Assembly (NCBI GenBank): GCA_963665815.1
Contig: OY762463.1
Coordinates: forward strand, 1,824,001-1,888,000
Direction of reading: 5' to 3'
Source of the DNA: Candidatus Cloacimonadales bacterium
Lineage (GTDB): Bacteria > Cloacimonadota > Cloacimonadia > Cloacimonadales > JAIOQZ01
Length of the DNA: 64,000 nucleotides
Shown here: in pieces, positions 48,841 to 58,975 of the stretch
How positions within the stretch are numbered: position 1 is the stretch's first letter
How the letters are laid out: every line of letters begins with the position of its first letter
Made by a program: the position numbers and the translations under genes
Notes under the pieces: generated by a model
Told to the model about the DNA's origin: nothing
The model's input: the letters and a program-made list of their open reading frames with translations, nothing else
The model's database searches: none

Positions 48841-50717
48841 TATTCAAACTCTTTCAGTGACTGATGTATCCCTTTATGTATCTCATACCAGAAATCGAGT
48901 GCAGATTCGTATTGTTCACGTTTAAACTTTTCAGCCCAGTCCAGCAATCCCTTTTCTGTAGATTTATCTACTTCAATCTTTCTTTTCAGGAAAGTTCTCA
49001 CATAATCAATATTTCTCTGCGATTCCCAGAAGATTCCCGAGTTTCTGCTATTGATACGTGATGCAGTGAGTTTTAAACTGGTCTGGAACTCTTCTCTTAA
49101 GTCATACAGCTTTTCAATAAACTCAGGTAACATCTCTTCTGCCCAACCTCTGTGAAAACGACAAACGCCCATGTTATCCATCACCAGCTCTCCCTGAAAA
49201 CGCTCTGCTGAAAGTTCACCCAAATCTCTGGGTAAGAAGAATTCATTACCATAATACATGTAGTACTTACCCATTATTGCCATTGGAGAAAGCACTCCCG
49301 GAGTCCAGTATTGATTCGGCACCATCCAACCTTTTCTTGCGAAGGCAACATATACAAACTTATCTATTATTGCTTTTCCTTTCTTACGAGATATTCTTCT
49401 GCCGAATTTTCTTGCTCCTTCTGAAAGATCTAACAAGCCACGTTTACCCACAATAGAATCAAGCAGTTCAATAGCAATATCAGCATTATGGTGTGAATCT
49501 TTAACAACATCAAAACCCTCAGGCTCAAAAACAGGCATGTTGGAAATTCCAACCTCATCCATTGTCAGCAGTCCTTCAGATACACAATCCATTAACCAGG
49601 CGAGTACTCCACCCACAGATATAGAATCAAAACCCAGCATGTCTGCATAGTGCACAACTTTTTCCGCAGCTCGTTGATCAAAAATACCGCATAAAGGTCC
49701 CATCGTCTGGTATGGTTCATAGTCTTTCTTATATTTGTTGTTCATTTTTTTACAGAGAGCAGCACAAGGTTCTCCACAGTTTTTCTGTTGCCTAGTTTCA
49801 ATAGTTTCCTCGTTAAACTGTTTCAAATAATGATCCAACACAAGCTCCTTGTGCAGCTTAAGGCGTTTTTCCTCAGTCCAGTAAATACTTTTATAGTTGA
49901 AAGCCAGTATCCTACCGCCTATGCCTGCATAGTTTACTCCGAATGTTCCACCGGTCTTAAATTTCGGATCAAATCTGTATTTGGTGGTGACTTCAAAATC
50001 CTTAACAGCCAGTATCTGATCATACTTGTTCTTAAACCATTTATCAGCTACTTTTCTATCCCTGAAATCTTCTTCAATATGAGTTCCTCCATAAATAATC
50101 GACGTTATACCGTGTTCTCGAAAAAGCTTAGACCCGAATCCACCTCGACCTGCCCAGGTATCTACATGACTAAGCTCTCCATTCCTGTATGGAGCAGAAC
50201 ATATACCACCAAAGTCAGTGGTTACGGCTGAAGGTCCACATGCCAGGACACGAGGGTCGGATTCATATTCTCCGGTATGATTAACCAAAACATTATTCAT
50301 CAGCTCATAAACACCCTTTTCTCCAGTATTCCAGATTCTCTTAATATCCTGTGGAATAATCTCCACCTGGATTTCTTCCCCATGTGCTCTGCGTAGTTTG
50401 AGTAAAGATGGACTTGATGTCTTGCCGACAATCGACAGAATGTTTATCCCTAAATTGTTGAATTCCAAACCGGCTCCTCCCATGGAAGAGATATAAAATC
50501 CTCCCCAACAAGGTGAAAACCCCGTAAAGATGAGTCTGTTTGATCCAGGCAAAATTGAACCAGCAAATATTCCTGTTCCAATATTCAAACTGTTGTAACG
50601 TCCCGAAAGAAACAATCCAAGATCAACCGGTCCGAAGAAATCACCTAATTTATATCTGTCTATCCGGTAAAAAGACGTATTTACATTAATTGTTAAAACT
50701 TTCAATGCTGTTTCCAT
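48840..50717 (-). CDS. Tungsten/molybdopterin aldehyde:ferredoxin oxidoreductase family, GAPOR-like
   Basis: SSMGGAG, WAGRGGFGS, TGGTFGVNY, CGEPCAALCKK, DYEPY, DMLGFDSI, DNMGVCRFHRGWAE. Confidence 0.85.
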   Translation of the reverse strand: METALKVLTINVNTSFYRIDRYKLGDFFGPVDLGLFLSGRYNSLNIGTGIFAGSILPGSNRLIFTGFSPCWGGFYISSMGGAGLEFNNLGINILSIVGKTSSPSLLKLRRAHGEEIQVEIIPQDIKRIWNTGEKGVYELMNNVLVNHTGEYESDPRVLACGPSAVTTDFGGICSAPYRNGELSHVDTWAGRGGFGSKLFREHGITSIIYGGTHIEEDFRDRKVADKWFKNKYDQILAVKDFEVTTKYRFDPKFKTGGTFGVNYAGIGGRILAFNYKSIYWTEEKRLKLHKELVLDHYLKQFNEETIETRQQKNCGEPCAALCKKMNNKYKKDYEPYQTMGPLCGIFDQRAAEKVVHYADMLGFDSISVGGVLAWLMDCVSEGLLTMDEVGISNMPVFEPEGFDVVKDSHHNADIAIELLDSIVGKRGLLDLSEGARKFGRRISRKKGKAIIDKFVYVAFARKGWMVPNQYWTPGVLSPMAIMGKYYMYYGNEFFLPRDLGELSAERFQGELVMDNMGVCRFHRGWAEEMLPEFIEKLYDLREEFQTSLKLTASRINSRNSGIFWESQRNIDYVRTFLKRKIEVDKSTEKGLLDWAEKFKREQYESALDFWYEIHKGIHQSLKEFE

Positions 50718-50929
50718 ATTTCCTCCGGATTTGCATTAAATTCTTTGCAGGACTGTTTTAAGTTGCTGAAATCTTGTTGTTAAAATTACCTGTTATTCTA
50801 TTATGCTAAGTCACTATTTAGCTGTAGTTCATTAAAAAAATACAGCATTTTCGAGGAAATGTCAATTTATAATAAGAATGGTTTATTGAGATTATTCCAG
50901 TTAATTCTTTTATCTTTAGTCAGTAGCTA

Positions 50930-52105
50930 TTAGCCTTCATTGAGTAACTTTTTATAGAGCTCTATAAGTTTTGCAGAATCCACAGCCCAGTTATATTTTT
51001 CTTTTACAGCCTGATAACCGTTCATACCAAGTCTGTTCCTGAGTTCAGAATCATTTATCAGTTTCTCAGCACACTCAGCAAAACTTTCAGGATCATCATA
51101 TCTGTAGATCAATCCTGATTCAGTTTCCTTAATAACCCTTTCAATTGATTTGCAATCAGAAGCTATAATTGGCTTTTGATTATACATGTACTGATACAGT
51201 TTGTTAGGTGAAGAGCAATCAGTCTGTATATGCCTTTTATGGGGCAACAACATAATATCTGCACTCTGCATCAGGTTGAGAGCTTCATATTGATTGACCC
51301 ATCCCAAAAAAACCACAATTTCTGAGATATTGTGTTCTTCTGCTTTTTGCTTAATATTCTGTAAATCGCATCCATCTCCTGCAACAATCAACTTTATATT
51401 ACTGTACTTTTCAGCAAGTAAGGAAAATCCTTCAACAACAATATCCAATCCTCTGATAGGAGTGATTCCACCTACAAAATAGAAACAAATTGTTGACTCA
51501 GCTTTGTTAAGATCAGAACCTCTCTCAATAAAAGGAAATGTATTCTGCACAGATATAGCATTAGCATTACTCGTAAGATTGAGACGTTCTTTCATCTCAT
51601 CCACAACACAAATTACACCATCTGATTTCAAAACCATAGTCTTTTCGTATTCATACCACTGCGAATCACTGGACAAAAGCTTTCCCAGAAAAGTATTCGT
51701 GTGGGCTGAAACCTGAAGAAATGCCGGCCAGTTTTCATGCAGATCCAATATCATTTTCAGTCCAAATCTTGTGGATATTTCTATCCCGATTTTTGCTAAA
51801 GGTAAATCATGAATATGAATTGCGTCAAACTTGTCTGTTGCCAGAATATCCCTGATGTACTTTCTCCAGTAATTGAAATAGAATGGAAATTTCAAAGCCC
51901 CTACATTGGTTTTAAATATAAATTTACTGATAAATCTTCGATGTATATGAATATCTCCAAACAGCTCTTTTTCAGTAAACTTTCTCTCCCTGCTAAAACA
52001 GGCAATGTGTACCTGATAACCAGAACTAATTAGTGCTTTTGCTTCCTTTTCAACCCTTATATCAGGAGGAAACTCTCTATCAAGAACCATTAATACTTTT
52101 TTCAT
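50930..52105 (-). CDS. Glycosyltransferase family 4
   Basis: PPDIRVEKEA, HIHDLP, DLHE, IRGLD, SPNKLYQYM; ATG 52105 with GGAG RBS. Confidence 0.92.
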   Translation of the reverse strand: MKKVLMVLDREFPPDIRVEKEAKALISSGYQVHIACFSRERKFTEKELFGDIHIHRRFISKFIFKTNVGALKFPFYFNYWRKYIRDILATDKFDAIHIHDLPLAKIGIEISTRFGLKMILDLHENWPAFLQVSAHTNTFLGKLLSSDSQWYEYEKTMVLKSDGVICVVDEMKERLNLTSNANAISVQNTFPFIERGSDLNKAESTICFYFVGGITPIRGLDIVVEGFSLLAEKYSNIKLIVAGDGCDLQNIKQKAEEHNISEIVVFLGWVNQYEALNLMQSADIMLLPHKRHIQTDCSSPNKLYQYMYNQKPIIASDCKSIERVIKETESGLIYRYDDPESFAECAEKLINDSELRNRLGMNGYQAVKEKYNWAVDSAKLIELYKKLLNEG

Positions 52106-52327
52106 ATTTCTCCAACTTCGATACCATCTAAATTTACTATTTAAGGAAGGCAAGATATTTCTGTTAATTACAAATCTTTTCAGAATTGTGAAGTGAAAGA
52201 TTTATACTGTCCGATAGTATCTATAAATGTTCGTTTACGTACACTTTTTGAATAATATTCATATTCTTTTTATTCTTTTTTTTCAATACTTTAGATATAT
52301 TTAATGATTTTGCTTCATTTCTCTAAG

Positions 52328-52344
52328 TTGGAACTTTTTTTGCT
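52328..52344 (+). promoter_or_regulatory. Putative sigma-54 promoter
   Basis: TTGGAACTTTTTTTGCT = GG-N10-GC, ~30 bp before ATG 52376. Confidence 0.7.
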
Positions 52345-52375
52345 TATATTTCTGTTAAATATCAGAGGAGGATAT

Positions 52376-55339
52376 ATGAAACATTCAATATTTATGCTTT
52401 TTCTTTTTGTAAGTCTCAGTATCTGGGGAATAATTAGTGTTCCGACAGATTACTCAACTATTCAGGGAGCAATAAATGCTTCTGTCAATGGTGATACTAT
52501 TATTGTAGATCAGGGAGTATACACTGAGAACATCAACTTCTCAGGCAAAGAAATCTTATTGACTTCGCAGATAATTAGCACCAATAATTATTCAGATGTT
52601 CAACTTACAGTACTTAATGGAGTCAATGGAGGAGTTGTAGTAGAGTTCACGAGTAATGAAACAAGCCTTTCAAAACTTAATGGATTCACTGTGAGAATGG
52701 GATCAGGAACTATGAACAATAACAGAGGGGGAGGAATATTAATCGAAAATGCGAGTCCCGAAATATCAAACTGCATTGTGAAAGATAATTCTGCATTCAA
52801 TGGTGGAGGAGCATTCATATCAAACTCATCTGCAAGATTCTATAATTGTGTTTTCAAAGATAATAACGCAATGCTTGAAGGCGGGGCAGCCATTGTTGTA
52901 AGTTCGGTTGACACACGATTCTATAATTGTCTGTTTATTGACAATGGAGCATGGGCAGAAACTGCTACTCTTGATGTCTGGTTCTCTGGAACGACGGAAA
53001 TAGTAAACAGTATTGTAAGAAACTCAAATGCTAATCATATTACAGAAAGTGGTAACGCCGTTCTGAATATCTCATATTCAAATATTGAAGGTGGATGGGT
53101 TGGGACAGGCAACATTGACGCTGATCCCCAGTTCGAGGATATTCAGAATGAACTTTTCAGCGTAACACCTTCATCACCATGTATAAATACCGGAGATCCT
53201 AATTCTTTGAATTATAATTTACCGATCTATGATTTAATGGGAAACCAACGTTTCAATGGTATAATTGACATGGGACCATGCGAACTTGAATCAGGAACAC
53301 TCGCGGCAGCCTTCAATGTAGCCCCGGACTCAGGATATGCACCTCTTACCGTAAATTTTTTAGATTTCAGCACAGGAAATCCAACTGCATGGGATTGGGA
53401 TTTTGACAATGATGGCACGACTGACAGCAATTTGCAGAATCCTCAACATACATACACTCAACCTGGTGTCTATACAGTTTCATTGACAATAAGCGATGGA
53501 ACTAATCAAAGCTCAGTAACAATGCAGGACTTAATAATTGTGTCTGAACCAAATGTAACTGCAGATTTTCAGGCAGACATTCTGATAGGAAATGCACCCC
53601 TAATTGTTTCTTTCACGGATTTATCTTCAGATGACTGCACTCTATGGGAATGGGATTTCGATAATGATGGAACTGTAGATAATATTGCGCAAAATCCGGT
53701 CTGGTCCTTTACAGAACCAGGAACATATACCGTGTCCTTAACAGCTTCGAACGGTTTAACAGATGATACAGAAGTAAAAACTGACTACATTGTTGTAAAT
53801 CCCTCGATTGGAGCAATGTACACTGTCCCGGATGACTATATTCACATAGATATGGCTATTGCTATGTGTAGTGATGGAGACACAATATATGTAAGACCCG
53901 GAACCTACGATGAATACATAGATTTCAGAGGCAAAGCATTAAGTGTTGTCAGTGAATATTTTTTTTCGGGTAATCCTGACCATATAGAGCAGACTGTTAT
54001 AGATGGAGGAAATTCAGGAAGACCTGTAATTTTCCAATCCGGTGAAAACTGGAACTCAAAACTTATAGGGTTTACAATCACCGGAGGAAATGCCTCTCTT
54101 GCTGAAGGTGGAGGTGTATACTGCAACGGAGCCTCCCCAACTCTTTCCAACCTGAGAATAACTAATTGTTCAGCCAGTGAAGGCGGTGCTATTGCCTGCT
54201 ATAACTCAACCGCAATAATTGCATCCTGTGAGGTATTCCTGAATAGTTCTTCAACTTCAGGTGGTGGTATCCTTGTTCATTCAAACTCAGATGTAAGGAT
54301 AGAGAACTGCCTAGTTTACGATAATAGCTCATTGATTGGCGGAGGTATTGCTTGCCAGCTAAGTAACTGTAAAATCGTTAATTGTACCGTAACGCTGAAT
54401 AACTCAACTAACAGCAATTTTGCCGGAGGAATAGACTGCTATGGCACTTCGGATGTGATTATACTGAACTCTATCATACATAGCAACTCATCTCCTCAAA
54501 TAGTAAACTCTCAAAATTTGTGGCTTAATAATTCTAACATAATGGATCCTGTTCAAAACGATACTGGGGCACTGCTGATAGAACAAGACAATATAAACTC
54601 AGATCCCGATTTTGTTAACTCCGATCAAAACGACTTCACACTGAATACATCATCTCCTTGTATTGATCTGGGAATTACAAGTATCGTTGTTAATGGTGAA
54701 TCTATTTCCGCTCCACAAAAAGATATTCGCAGCAACGACAGAGATACATCACCAGATGCAGGATGTTATGAAGTTCTTCCCGCTTTGAATGCTGAATTCT
54801 CAGCAAATCCCGTTTCAGGATCAGCACCTCTTCTTGTGACATTCACAGATTTGAGTTACCCCCAACCATCTTCATGGGAATGGGACTTTGATAATGATGG
54901 GATAACTGACTCAAACATACAAAATCCCCAATTCACTTATAATCAGAATGGGATATATTCAGTGAAGCTGATTGTACAAAATGGTACTGAAACCGATTCA
55001 ATTGTATACTCAAATCTGATAAATGTTCAGGAAGCAGCAAACATTGAGGATATAAACTCATTCAACACGGCTTTGCTTGGAAACAGCCCAAATCCATTTA
55101 ATCCGGAAACAAAAATTTCCTTCAGTCTGGAAAGACAACAGTATGTATCTCTTGAAATAGTTAACATAAAGGGTCAAAAAGTTACAATATTGTACTCAGG
55201 AATACTTGATCGCGGAAAACATGAATATATCTGGAATGGTGAAAACAACAACGGAGTAAAAACATCTTCAGGTGTTTACTTCATAAAAATGAAAACAAGT
55301 AAAAATACTTTTGTCCGTAAATGTATTATGCTCAAATAA
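52376..55339 (+). CDS. Secreted multidomain protein: beta-helix-PKD-PKD-beta-helix-PKD-FlgD-Ig/T9SS-A-like C-terminus
   Basis: Signal peptide; VPTDYSTIQGAI, GGG/GGA repeats; PKD W.WDFDNDG x3; GNSPNPFNPET..SGVYF..RKCIMLK; GAGGAGG RBS. Confidence 0.9.
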   Translation: MKHSIFMLFLFVSLSIWGIISVPTDYSTIQGAINASVNGDTIIVDQGVYTENINFSGKEILLTSQIISTNNYSDVQLTVLNGVNGGVVVEFTSNETSLSKLNGFTVRMGSGTMNNNRGGGILIENASPEISNCIVKDNSAFNGGGAFISNSSARFYNCVFKDNNAMLEGGAAIVVSSVDTRFYNCLFIDNGAWAETATLDVWFSGTTEIVNSIVRNSNANHITESGNAVLNISYSNIEGGWVGTGNIDADPQFEDIQNELFSVTPSSPCINTGDPNSLNYNLPIYDLMGNQRFNGIIDMGPCELESGTLAAAFNVAPDSGYAPLTVNFLDFSTGNPTAWDWDFDNDGTTDSNLQNPQHTYTQPGVYTVSLTISDGTNQSSVTMQDLIIVSEPNVTADFQADILIGNAPLIVSFTDLSSDDCTLWEWDFDNDGTVDNIAQNPVWSFTEPGTYTVSLTASNGLTDDTEVKTDYIVVNPSIGAMYTVPDDYIHIDMAIAMCSDGDTIYVRPGTYDEYIDFRGKALSVVSEYFFSGNPDHIEQTVIDGGNSGRPVIFQSGENWNSKLIGFTITGGNASLAEGGGVYCNGASPTLSNLRITNCSASEGGAIACYNSTAIIASCEVFLNSSSTSGGGILVHSNSDVRIENCLVYDNSSLIGGGIACQLSNCKIVNCTVTLNNSTNSNFAGGIDCYGTSDVIILNSIIHSNSSPQIVNSQNLWLNNSNIMDPVQNDTGALLIEQDNINSDPDFVNSDQNDFTLNTSSPCIDLGITSIVVNGESISAPQKDIRSNDRDTSPDAGCYEVLPALNAEFSANPVSGSAPLLVTFTDLSYPQPSSWEWDFDNDGITDSNIQNPQFTYNQNGIYSVKLIVQNGTETDSIVYSNLINVQEAANIEDINSFNTALLGNSPNPFNPETKISFSLERQQYVSLEIVNIKGQKVTILYSGILDRGKHEYIWNGENNNGVKTSSGVYFIKMKTSKNTFVRKCIMLK

Positions 55340-55356
55340 TAACTCTTTTCACATAT

Positions 55357-55387
55357 TCAGGCACTCAGTACAATCCTGAGTGCCTGA
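55357..55387 (+). terminator. 12-bp perfect hairpin after the 52376-55339 gene
   Basis: TCAGGCACTCAG-TACAATC-CTGAGTGCCTGA. Confidence 0.65.
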
Positions 55388-55532
55388 GTTACTTATTGTT
55401 AACTACTATTCGGTATACTTTAATTGATGATATGAACCACATTCACGATACCACCACCCGTCCAGATAAATCATCTCATACACTCCTTAAATACTTGTTA
55501 TAAATACATTTATGATACATTTTGTTTCCCTT

Positions 55533-55549
55533 CTGGAACAAATATTGCA
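55533..55549 (+). promoter_or_regulatory. Putative sigma-54 promoter
   Basis: CTGGAACAAATATTGCA = GG-N10-GC, ~35 bp before ATG 55585. Confidence 0.75.
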
Positions 55550-55584
55550 TCATCTGAGATATCAATATTAAGGAGGAAGGCTAA

Positions 55585-57174
55585 ATGAAAAAATTCTTAA
55601 TTTTCATTACTCTCTTTATATCAGCAGGATTATTTTCTACTACCATCAATATCCCTGCTGATTACACAACTATTCAGGACGGTATTAATGCATCATCTGA
55701 TGGAGACACTGTCCGCGTAGCTCCTGGAACATACACGGAGCAAATTGATTTTTCAGGAAAGAACATTACTGTCGCAAGTGAATATGCTTTTGATTACGAT
55801 CTGACACATATTGATCAGACAATCATTGATGCAAACTGGGGCGGAAGAGTCGTAACATTTAACAATGGAGAAACGAACACAACATTGCTGATTGGATTCA
55901 CCATTCAAAACGGGGATACTCAAACTAATGGGGGTGGCATTCTTTGTGACGGAGCCTCTCCAAAGCTTATGAATTTAGTTGTAAAAGACTGTGCGGGAAA
56001 CCATGGCGGAGGTATCTCCCTGGAAAACTCTAATTCAGAGCTGCTCAACATTAAACTGACAATGAATTATTCAACCAGTGATGGTGCTGTGATTTACGTT
56101 GGCAACAACTCAGATGTATCTTTGAAGAACATTCTGGCATACAGTAATGATGGCAGCGGAGCACCGGGAATTGCATTTGATAATTCAACAGGTTCTGTTA
56201 TAAATTCCACAATAACCGGTAACTTTGTAATGTTTGGCAGCGGTGCCGGAGGTGTAAATTGTTCCGGATCATCGGATGTTGTTATCTTCAATTCTATTAT
56301 CTATGGTAACTCCTCACCACAAATAGTAAATTCCCAGAACTTATGGGTGCACTATTCATGTTATGAAGGTTCAATTACCAACAACACCGGAGCAACTCTT
56401 GATGAATCAAATACAATCACATCAGATCCTGCATTTTTTGATCCAAACAACTCTGATTATCATCTCACTCAAAATTCTCCGTGCGTTGATGCAGGTATAA
56501 GACAAACTTTCATCAACAACACAAATATCAGAGCTACTGCATCAGATATTGAGAACGTTCCTCGATCAATGATGTCCTTTTCTGAATACGATTATGGAGC
56601 GTATGAGTATTCTGCTCAGTTAACCGCCGGTTTTGTTGCGAATCCGACTTCCGGTGACGCACCATTGACAGTTGTCTTTACTGATCAATCTTTACCAGTT
56701 CCAACTTCTCATGACTGGGACTTTGAAAATGACGGAATCATTGATCACCATTTCCCGAATCCAACACATGTATATGAAATTCCGGGAGTATATGATGTAA
56801 AACTTGTTGTCAGAAATGGAACACAAGTCGATTCGATTCTGCTGGATAACTTTATTACTGTAAACGGCATCAGTAATGATGAAAATGTGAACTCAGTAAA
56901 AACAGATCTTACAGGAAATTATCCTAATCCATTTAATCCATCTACAATGATTAACTTCAGTATTTCCAAAGATCAGAATGTTAAAATAGATATTCTGAAT
57001 ATAAAAGGTCAGTATGTCAGAACGATATGCAACAAAAACTTTTGTGCAGGAGAAAACTCCGTTGTATGGGACGGACTTGATGCCAGAGGTGAAGATACCG
57101 GTTCGGGAGTATATTTTATCAAAATGCGCACTCCTGATCAGTTTTTTATCAAAAAATGCACGTTAATTAAGTAA
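55585..57174 (+). CDS. Secreted beta-helix-PKD-FlgD-Ig/T9SS-A-like protein (paralog of the upstream gene)
   Basis: Signal peptide; IPADYTTIQDGI; HDWDFENDG PKD; GNYPNPFNPST..SGVYFIK..KKCTLIK. Confidence 0.9.
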   Translation: MKKFLIFITLFISAGLFSTTINIPADYTTIQDGINASSDGDTVRVAPGTYTEQIDFSGKNITVASEYAFDYDLTHIDQTIIDANWGGRVVTFNNGETNTTLLIGFTIQNGDTQTNGGGILCDGASPKLMNLVVKDCAGNHGGGISLENSNSELLNIKLTMNYSTSDGAVIYVGNNSDVSLKNILAYSNDGSGAPGIAFDNSTGSVINSTITGNFVMFGSGAGGVNCSGSSDVVIFNSIIYGNSSPQIVNSQNLWVHYSCYEGSITNNTGATLDESNTITSDPAFFDPNNSDYHLTQNSPCVDAGIRQTFINNTNIRATASDIENVPRSMMSFSEYDYGAYEYSAQLTAGFVANPTSGDAPLTVVFTDQSLPVPTSHDWDFENDGIIDHHFPNPTHVYEIPGVYDVKLVVRNGTQVDSILLDNFITVNGISNDENVNSVKTDLTGNYPNPFNPSTMINFSISKDQNVKIDILNIKGQYVRTICNKNFCAGENSVVWDGLDARGEDTGSGVYFIKMRTPDQFFIKKCTLIK

Positions 57175-57181
57175 CCTCCTC

Positions 57182-57219
57182 AAAAAAAAGGCTGTTGACA
57201 TAAATGTCATCAGCCTTTT
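57182..57219. terminator. Bidirectional rho-independent terminator
   Basis: A-run, AAAAGGCTGTTGACA..TGTCATCAGCCTTTT, between convergent genes. Confidence 0.8.
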
Positions 57220-57240
57220 ATATATTTTAGATATCTTTTT

Positions 57241-58737
57241 TTATACTTCTTTTTTCATTTGAGGAAACAGCAGAACCTCTTTTATGGATGTATTGTTTGT
57301 GAAAAGCATAACGAGTCTGTCTATACCGATTCCCAGACCACCTGTAGGAGGCATTCCATATTCCATTGCCTCGAGGAAATCTTCATCAACAACATTCGCT
57401 TCCAGATCACCGGACTCTCTCAACTTCGCCTGAGCTTCAAATCGCTGTCTCTGGTCAGTCGGATCATTCAACTCAGTAAAAGCATTTGCATATTCATTTC
57501 CTGTTATGAAGAGTTCAAAACGTTCTACAATATCATCACTACCCGGCTTTTTCTTAGCAAGAGGTGATATCTCCAGAGGGTAGTCGGTTACGAATGTAGG
57601 CTGAATCAGGTTTTCCTCAACAAAAATTTCGAAAAGTTCTTCAATAAGTTTTCCTGTTCCAGCATTTTCCGGAACTTCTATTTCTTTGCTTTTCATGAAA
57701 CTTACAATTTTATCTCTATCGAAATCCGAGAAATCCTCTTTGGTATATTCTTCAATCAGCTCTATCATTGTCGCTCTTCTGAAAGGAGTTTCCAGAGATA
57801 CTGTATAATCTCTGAATTTGAGATCAGTTGTACCATACAGATTTTTAGCAGCATCTGAAATCATATTCTCAGTGAGTTCCATCATACCTTCAAGATCAGT
57901 ATATGCCTGATAAAGTTCTATAGCTGTGAACTCAGGATTATGTGTCCTGTCCATCCCTTCATTTCGGAAGTTCTTTCCAATCTCATATACTTTTTCAAAT
58001 CCACCGATAATTAATCTTTTAAGGTACAGCTCAGTTGCAATACGTAAATAAAGCTGCATATCCAGAGTATTATGGTGAGTAATAAAAGGTCTGGCATTCG
58101 CTCCACCATATAAAGGCTGAAGAATTGGTGTTTCAACTTCCAGGAATCCCTTTTCTTCGAGATAGCTTCTGATAAATGAAATCAGTTTTGCTCTGATGAT
58201 GAAGTTATCTTTGTTATCCGGATTCAGGAGCAGATCAAGATATCTTTTTCTGAATCTTAATTCTATATCAGCAAATTCATCAAATCTGACAACTTTGCCA
58301 TCAACTTCTTTTTCTTTAACTGTTGGAATAGGACGCATATTTTTTGCCAGCATTCTCACACTGGATGCTTTCATGGAGTATTCACCTGTTTTTGTGTAAA
58401 AAGGTGTTCCTTCGATTTCTACAAAATCACCAAGATCGAAGAGTTTGAAAACTTCATAGTTATCTGTTCCAACAACTTCTCTGCTGACGTAAAGCTGAAT
58501 TCTTCCACTATCGTCTTCTACATTACCAAACCCAACTTTTCCCATACGTCGCATTTGTTTAAGTCTTCCGGCAATTACTACTGTCGCCGGATTATCTATA
58601 AACTCCTTTTCATTTTCGAGAAGAGAACTGATTTTGTGTGTTCTATTACACTTTCCCGGATAAGCCGGAATATTCATGCTGTTCAGTTTCTGCAGTTTTT
58701 GTTTTCTTAAACCAATCATCTGTTTTGTGTTATCCAT
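57241..58737 (-). CDS. lysS: Lysyl-tRNA synthetase class II
   Basis: RKRYLDL, GGANARPF, FRNEG..HNPEF, YGMPPTGGLGIGIDRL. Confidence 0.98.
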   Translation of the reverse strand: MDNTKQMIGLRKQKLQKLNSMNIPAYPGKCNRTHKISSLLENEKEFIDNPATVVIAGRLKQMRRMGKVGFGNVEDDSGRIQLYVSREVVGTDNYEVFKLFDLGDFVEIEGTPFYTKTGEYSMKASSVRMLAKNMRPIPTVKEKEVDGKVVRFDEFADIELRFRKRYLDLLLNPDNKDNFIIRAKLISFIRSYLEEKGFLEVETPILQPLYGGANARPFITHHNTLDMQLYLRIATELYLKRLIIGGFEKVYEIGKNFRNEGMDRTHNPEFTAIELYQAYTDLEGMMELTENMISDAAKNLYGTTDLKFRDYTVSLETPFRRATMIELIEEYTKEDFSDFDRDKIVSFMKSKEIEVPENAGTGKLIEELFEIFVEENLIQPTFVTDYPLEISPLAKKKPGSDDIVERFELFITGNEYANAFTELNDPTDQRQRFEAQAKLRESGDLEANVVDEDFLEAMEYGMPPTGGLGIGIDRLVMLFTNNTSIKEVLLFPQMKKEV

Positions 58738-58920
58738 TTTTTTCTCCAATACGTTTTCTCTTCTTAAGATGCAGTATGACGCTGGGTTCTATGTCATAAT
58801 TATTTATTTCTAAACATCTTACTAGTATGAAGTTTTACATTTTCATACCGTTATGTTGTCAAGAAAATTGAAACTACTTTTAGTCTTAACTAAATTTCAA
58901 AGCATATATTTTTTTTTATT

Positions 58921-58948
58921 TTGCATTTATTCAAACCATATGTATAAT
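58921..58948 (+). promoter_or_regulatory. Putative sigma-70 promoter
   Basis: TTGCAT-16 bp-TATAAT upstream of 58976. Confidence 0.5.
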
Positions 58949-58975
58949 ATTTACAGAACCTTAAATTGAGGAAAA

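Noticed and set aside
37964-50231. Longer antisense ORFs (37964-38446, 43905-44372, 49788-50231) and similar shadows elsewhere
   Set aside because: Each lies opposite a well-conserved gene and has no RBS or recognisable motif
53380-56760. Recurring TGGGA(C/T)TTTGA..ATGA.GG DNA repeats as a CRISPR or DGR-like array
   Set aside because: They are the in-frame WDFDNDG motif of PKD domains, irregularly spaced, with synonymous variation; no cas or reverse transcriptase gene
48710-57174. Genomic island integrated at tRNA-Leu
   Set aside because: No integrase and no duplicated tRNA 3' end (att site) was found by eye in the window
58740-58975. Lysine riboswitch or T-box upstream of lysS
   Set aside because: The region is very AT-rich, lacks the consensus elements and also has to hold two divergent promoters
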